DNA of 63,999 nucleotides, filler included, from Globobulimina sp. (taxonomy: Eukaryota): assembly GCA_003354225.1 (NCBI GenBank). It is 7 parts of 7 records of this genome, joined end to end, with 100 filler letters (N's around TTAATTAATTAA, not from the genome) between each part and the next. Parts side by side here need not be neighbours in the genome. Positions count along the whole stretch, not along the records: positions 56,675 to 63,999 come from PIVH01000165.1; 6 more parts are not named here. The stretch is one strand, 5' to 3'. Below are positions 60,326 through 63,999 of the stretch, one piece after another. Position 1 is the first letter of the stretch, and each line of letters opens with the position of its first letter. The notes below the pieces were generated by a model. That model was not told the DNA's origin, searched no databases, and saw nothing but the letters and a program-made list of their open reading frames with translations. Made by a program: the position numbers and the translations under genes.

Positions 60326-60527
60326 TTTATAGTTTGTTTATTCATGGGGGTCTTGGTAAATATTCGGTCCCAGCTGAATATTGCGTGTAAGTTCTTGCAT
60401 TGGTAGACTCAAACATATCAGCACTGTATGACTAAATATTTGAGAATACGCCAGTAAAGACACACACACACACACAAGTCAGAAAGGACACACACAAAAA
60501 TAAATTAGAACATTCAACGATTTAAAT

Positions 60528-61559
60528 TTAGACAAAATGAAATTGATGTGATTTATAACTAGTTTTGGATTGATTGACTTTTGTATTGATACGTTGGTGT
60601 TGTATGCGATTGTTCTCTGTGTTTGGCTCAGTTGAATTCCTTATTTTGTGCTGGGAACAGTGTCGTTGATTATAATATTTTGTTTCCAGATTTTGCAAAT
60701 GTTTGTGCTTAATGGCAATAAAAAACGACTCTTTTAACAAAATGTCAACATCTCGGCAATATTTGTGCAAATCCAATAGATATCGCAACATGACATCAAA
60801 CTGTTTTATTTTTAGCAATTGTTTGGAATTCAAAGTTAATAAAGCTAAAGAAATCCGAAATATGAATTTGTTTCCTTCACTCAAATAAATGTCCCAGATT
60901 CTATGAACGAAGTTTATCGGAAATTGTCGACAGAATCTGGTTAAAAACCAATTGGCAGCGTACAAATTCGGAGTGATCCCAAATGAATTTATATGTTTAT
61001 GCAATTGTGGTGAAAATCTGTTGAGCAATCCATCAAATTGAAAGCATTGCAAATGTAACAACGGTAAGCCATCGCAGTACAATCCTCGCATTGCAAAGCT
61101 GCCGTTGTCGTCCAGCAATTTGCAAAAACACCAAAATGTCTCGACTTCACTCATCAACATCAAAAATATGGCGACAATAAAGCCCATTCCTTGCGTGTAT
61201 CCCACCAATGTGTCGTGATTGGAGTATGCGTACAGCACATTTCGCAATGCTTTTATGCCCTTATTTGTATTGCTGTCATTGCCGAATAATGCATGCCTGG
61301 GAAATGTACGGTGGATATCTGCGTCGATCGTTCTTTTGAATTTCGGATTTGGACTCTTTCTGCAAATCTTTAGGTAATACGATTTTTCTTCATTTGATAA
61401 CCAATCAACTCCCAATAATTTCTTCCATATTTTTGCGCGTATTTGGGGCGGGATTCCTTTGCGGATTCTGGATTTGAGCTGTTTCTGTTTCTGTTTCTCT
61501 TTTGTTGATGTAAATGTGTCCCAATTCTCCTCCATTTCCAGCCATTTCGCAATGCTCAT
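60528..61559 (-). CDS. TBC-domain Rab GTPase-activating protein
   Basis: RKGIPPQIRAKIW, IDADIHRTFP and GYTQGM. Confidence 0.93.
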   Translation of the reverse strand: MSIAKWLEMEENWDTFTSTKEKQKQKQLKSRIRKGIPPQIRAKIWKKLLGVDWLSNEEKSYYLKICRKSPNPKFKRTIDADIHRTFPRHALFGNDSNTNKGIKALRNVLYAYSNHDTLVGYTQGMGFIVAIFLMLMSEVETFWCFCKLLDDNGSFAMRGLYCDGLPLLHLQCFQFDGLLNRFSPQLHKHINSFGITPNLYAANWFLTRFCRQFPINFVHRIWDIYLSEGNKFIFRISLALLTLNSKQLLKIKQFDVMLRYLLDLHKYCRDVDILLKESFFIAIKHKHLQNLETKYYNQRHCSQHKIRNSTEPNTENNRIQHQRINTKVNQSKTSYKSHQFHFV

Positions 61560-61669
61560 AATTATAATTGAAACTGTACAAAAAAGCGGCGAAATTAAAG
61601 CAATGACTGGCAGCTGTCAATTTTCAAGAGAGTACAAATTAATTTATTACAGATATAAGTTGCAATTGT

Positions 61670-63013
61670 TTAAATAAGGGAGTCGACAAAAGTATAGGTG
61701 CACAACACCAACATTACTATTCCGAATCCAGTGGCAAAATAACCAATAATCCGATCTATCACTTTGATTTCTATCGCATTTGCGCCCTGCACTCGGTTCC
61801 GCGTACTCCCCGCCTTATTTTTCAATTTCACCAACTTGAAGTACATAATCGGCGGCATCATCAGTCCCAACACATTATTGCCGAACGCGCCGGTCAAAGC
61901 CGTCAATTTTTCAAAATCCGGCACAATCATCGCGATGCCACAACTGACCAAAATCAGCAATATCCGCAAAACATTCCTTTTGATCTCGAGCTTGGCGTCC
62001 AATGCTTTTCCAGTTTGCGGATCCACATCGAATTTGAAGATGGTCAGTTCCAAGCATTCGGCCATGGGAAATAAGAACAGCGGATAGGTGAAGAACAAAT
62101 TGATGCACAATGCCACCATCACCAATTTGTTGGACCACTTCGACGAATCCAAATTGTCGATGATGTTGCCCCGGGTTTCGTTGCCAAATGAAAAATAAGT
62201 ATATTGCGCAAACACTAAAAACGAAATTGTAACAATCACAATCGACCGATTTAAGGATTCGATAAAGTCCGTAGACACCTTCTCCTTTTTCCTGTCATTC
62301 ATGCTTTCTTCGATGGGCAGTATGACGCTGTGGATCAAAAATGCGAAGGCGGCATTCCCCAAAAAACGAGGGTACGAACCCCAGAGATCCTCGACCTTGA
62401 AATGATTGTAATATTTCCAATCGTAATCAGTTGGCATACCGTCTGCTTTGGCGGCTTGAATAATTACCATAACCACAGAGAAAAATAACGAGAACAATCC
62501 CAAGATATTGAAAGGAACTAAAAAGCGGTAACTCCGAAACAAGGATAAGCCCATCAGCGGCACCGAAACAATCAAAATAATCGCATTTTGCTGCAATGCA
62601 TCTATGTCCATTATGGCCTGCAACTGCGATCCGATAAAAATTAAATACGAGCCGCTGACCCCCATCGTCATGGATAAAATTCCCAGCCATGCCACGTAAA
62701 AACCAATTTCTCCAAATGCGACATATGCGATGTCCGGATAGGTGGGACAGTCATTGGTTGGATGCATGTGGCCGCACAAAACCAGCCAATATATGGTGTA
62801 ATAGGTGAGGAAGGCGAGGAACACAAATGATACGGCACCTAACACCATTCCAGATTGCAAAAAGGCCCAAGGGAGCACGAACAAGGAAGCTCCCGTGAAA
62901 CATTTGCAAATATTATTCAATGCGTCAGATTTTGACAGTAGCATTCTCGTAGTGTCTGTTGCTCTGATTTTAGTCAGCGCCCTCATGGATATATTACTCG
63001 CATATTGCGATAT
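61670..63013 (-). CDS. Amino acid/auxin permease (SLC36-like) transporter; upstream exons uncertain
   Basis: NICKCFTGASLFVLPWAF, TYPDIAYVAFG, AFAFLIHSVILPIE, FTYPLFLFP and about 11 TM segments. Confidence 0.9.
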   Translation of the reverse strand: MSQYASNISMRALTKIRATDTTRMLLSKSDALNNICKCFTGASLFVLPWAFLQSGMVLGAVSFVFLAFLTYYTIYWLVLCGHMHPTNDCPTYPDIAYVAFGEIGFYVAWLGILSMTMGVSGSYLIFIGSQLQAIMDIDALQQNAIILIVSVPLMGLSLFRSYRFLVPFNILGLFSLFFSVVMVIIQAAKADGMPTDYDWKYYNHFKVEDLWGSYPRFLGNAAFAFLIHSVILPIEESMNDRKKEKVSTDFIESLNRSIVIVTISFLVFAQYTYFSFGNETRGNIIDNLDSSKWSNKLVMVALCINLFFTYPLFLFPMAECLELTIFKFDVDPQTGKALDAKLEIKRNVLRILLILVSCGIAMIVPDFEKLTALTGAFGNNVLGLMMPPIMYFKLVKLKNKAGSTRNRVQGANAIEIKVIDRIIGYFATGFGIVMLVLCTYTFVDSLI

Positions 63014-63999
63014 GCCTGGATCAATTTGTAATGTTGCATGTGATATGCGGTGCGATGCAATATATATATTTTCATGCCTTGCGAGATGGTGGATTTTAAG
63101 TCGTCGCCGTCATGCAGACGTATTGCAATTGTCAATGTAAACTGCGTATTCTGCCAAATTTCTTTCTGCCAATCAATCGGATCTATCAATTTAATTTAAA
63201 CCAATCGGATCATGTACTTATTTTCAATTCGTCGTGCTTTATTTGTAATGTTAGTTTTTTTGTGGGTTGTCATGATAAAAGATGAGAAAAACTACTGTCA
63301 AACTGAACAAACTAAAAAAAAAACTTAACTTAATTAATTCATCATTTTTATATAACTTTTTTTGTTGTTTTTTCTTTTGATGGGATTTGCCATTAAAATA
63401 TATACGAATATGCGCGCGCATATGAATACAATCACTTTGATACAATTAAATTGATGACATGCAAATTCCTGTCCAATGAATTATAACTATTTTTTTTTCT
63501 TTTCTGTGTATTTTAAAATTCAAAAAATTAATATTAAATTGTTTTGCGCGCCACATAACCTGAAATAGAACAAATGGAGCATCAAATGTCTCACCAAAAA
63601 GTTCCCATTCGCTACATCCACAACATAGGCAACGTTGGGCCGTAAATAATGCTGGACCTATTTTAGGAGTTGACCAATGGACGTATTGGATCCGACAGAC
63701 GGGTCAACAACGCTGCTTCCTGTGTAGCGGAAACTTTTAGACAAACTCTGACGCACATTTGAGAGATGCAACAAACAACAAGAAAGAAGAAAAAAACAGT
63801 AAAGTTAGTTATATTTTCGTAGCAAACAATGTCACATTCCTACCACCACCATACCACCATACCACCACCCCGCCACTGCCACCCCGCCACAAAATTGCTG
63901 GCCCGGATGCTGATACATATTATTTAGATTCATCTAAAGCCATTGGAACGGCACAGTGCGTTGAAGCCAATCTCATATCTCAGTGTTTGGCTCAGTTGA

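Noticed and set aside
1-63999. Alternative genetic code or stop-codon reassignment
   Set aside because: TAA, TAG and TGA all end genes, and the ORF breaks I could resolve are explained by introns or 1-nt indels.
63574-63999. Possible 5' exons of a plus-strand gene at the window end
   Set aside because: The composition is coding-like, but no consistent reading frame or motif could be established.

Overview
This is AT-rich, gene-dense eukaryotic nuclear DNA with short GT-AG introns and the standard genetic code. The gene families suggest a foraminiferan or related rhizarian; that assignment is inference. The window is not one locus: it is seven unlinked contigs (the first six ~9.25-9.4 kb and in descending size order, the last cut by the window end) joined by artificial 100-nt spacers (N44-TTAATTAATTAA-N44). 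About 28 protein genes are visible. They include a divergent alpha-tubulin, a TM-anchored pseudo-PhoD, a P450, an EamA transporter, LIM and chromo-barrel proteins, a DUF3825 protein, a lipid-anchored RelA/SpoT-like nucleotidyltransferase, an RBR E3 ligase, insulysin, two ADP-ribosyltransferase-like proteins (one ~2,670 aa), Sin3, a GH3 xylosidase, a PhlG-like hydrolase, SET, sulfotransferase, TBC and amino-acid transporter genes. The best lead is a 305-bp foldback, MITE-like element inserted in the insulysin coding sequence. It has a 2-bp target duplication and can be spliced out exactly as a GT-AG intron (Introner-like), and a second copy lies on another contig. Several single-base frameshifts, mostly in homopolymers, look like assembly errors. 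All family assignments come from motif recognition by eye, not database searches.
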